From the human T2T-CHM13v2.0 reference genome, Homo sapiens, in NCBI RefSeq assembly GCF_009914755.1, contig NC_060936.1: a DNA stretch of 64,000 nucleotides; one strand, 5' to 3'. A program made the translations under genes and the position numbers. Below the pieces are notes generated by a model. The model had not been told where the DNA came from, made no database searches, and worked only from the letters and a program-made list of their open reading frames with translations. This document shows positions 63,051-64,000 of this stretch, one piece after another; the stretch's first letter is position 1; each line of letters starts with the position of its first letter.

Positions 63051-63808
63051 CTGGACAAGAAACAGAGAAGCAAAGAGCAAATTAGAAGGGAAAATGAAAA
63101 TCACCTGTGTTGCCCCTCTGAACCTAAAACTCAGTCCCCTCTGTTTCTTTTTGTGACTATGACAGGCTAGCTGGACCCCATAAATTCTGCACTTCTTGGG
63201 GCCTCAAGATTACCTAACACAGTTCTGGAATAGGGACAGATATGCCAGAGAGTAACTGGCCTTAACCCTATGAACTTCTGACCCATGACTGATGTTTAGG
63301 CAAGAGCCCCTCTGTCCTAAAAAGGATAGAGTCATTTGGCCTTCCTGGCTAGTGTTCCTGTCCCCCTACACAAGTCTTTACAGCTCCCAGGAGACACTGG
63401 TAGGTTGCTGTGCTTTCATTCTTTACTGATGTCCTTCTCCTCCTGCAGTATAGTCTCTATTTTACATCCAATGCACAGACTTGTTTGGAGTTTCTGTACA
63501 GAAAACAGTCTTAAAGCTATCTGGGCAGCAAACATTATAGTAATTTTATATGTTATCATCCCAGGGGCCAAAGGAAAGTTCCAGTGATGAACCAGTAAGA
63601 GTCATGGTAGGCTGATGAGGAGGTGTTTCTGGGCATGTGATGCCTTCTGCATTTTACATTAGATAATAATGAGACTGCCCTTTCCCTGTAGATAAGACCC
63701 CAGGGATGGGCTGTTTCTTTCTGAAGTTTTGCACTTCCATCCTATCCTGAATTCATACAATGTATATCCTGTTTTCTCATCCCAACCTCAGAGAACTGTG
63801 CCACTTAC

Positions 63809-63862
63809 CCTCCGCTCCCAGGGTCAAGTCATCTTCAAAGCTGGTCCCATGGCTGCAGAAGC
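63809..63862 (-). CDS. TESPA1: TESPA1 54-bp coding exon (GFCSHGTSFEDDLTLGAE)
   Basis: ttggacag|GC TTC..GAG G|gtaagt; SFEDDLTLGAEA family motif; upstream exons lie beyond the window. Confidence 0.9.
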
Positions 63863-64000
63863 CTGTCCAATAATCAGGTGAGGGTCACAGAAAACCAGGA
63901 TGGAACATATACACATGCACATGCACACCCCTGCATACACGAACATCTTCACATGCCCTTAGACTAGACTTGCACAACCAGATAATCATACTAGATACCC

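Overview
Human (primate) genomic DNA, mostly interspersed repeats. The right end holds the 3' part of a minus-strand gene I recognise from its spliced protein as TESPA1 (KIAA0748, chr12q13). Six coding exons (63862 to 57795) have canonical GT-AG sites with consistent phases, and a probable non-coding last exon starts at 47017. Downstream lie a two-LTR 5.8-kb HERV-H provirus (39167-44994) inserted in an MST LTR, a near-complete Tigger1, and a nested ERV cluster (about 25-31.4 kb) containing a scrambled, env-bearing HERV-H. Further left are a complete THE1B-like element, a very young AluYb9, and several L1 and Alu copies. The ORF track misses a 2.3-kb processed retrocopy of the microprotein gene SMIM10L1, inserted with target-site duplications into an old L1 (11850-14174). 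I found no support for a wholly new biological system. The best leads are that retrocopy, the template-switch mosaic HERV-H, and possible use of the HERV-H LTR as a TESPA1 polyadenylation site. Repeat subfamily names come from recalled consensus sequences and need RepeatMasker/Dfam confirmation.
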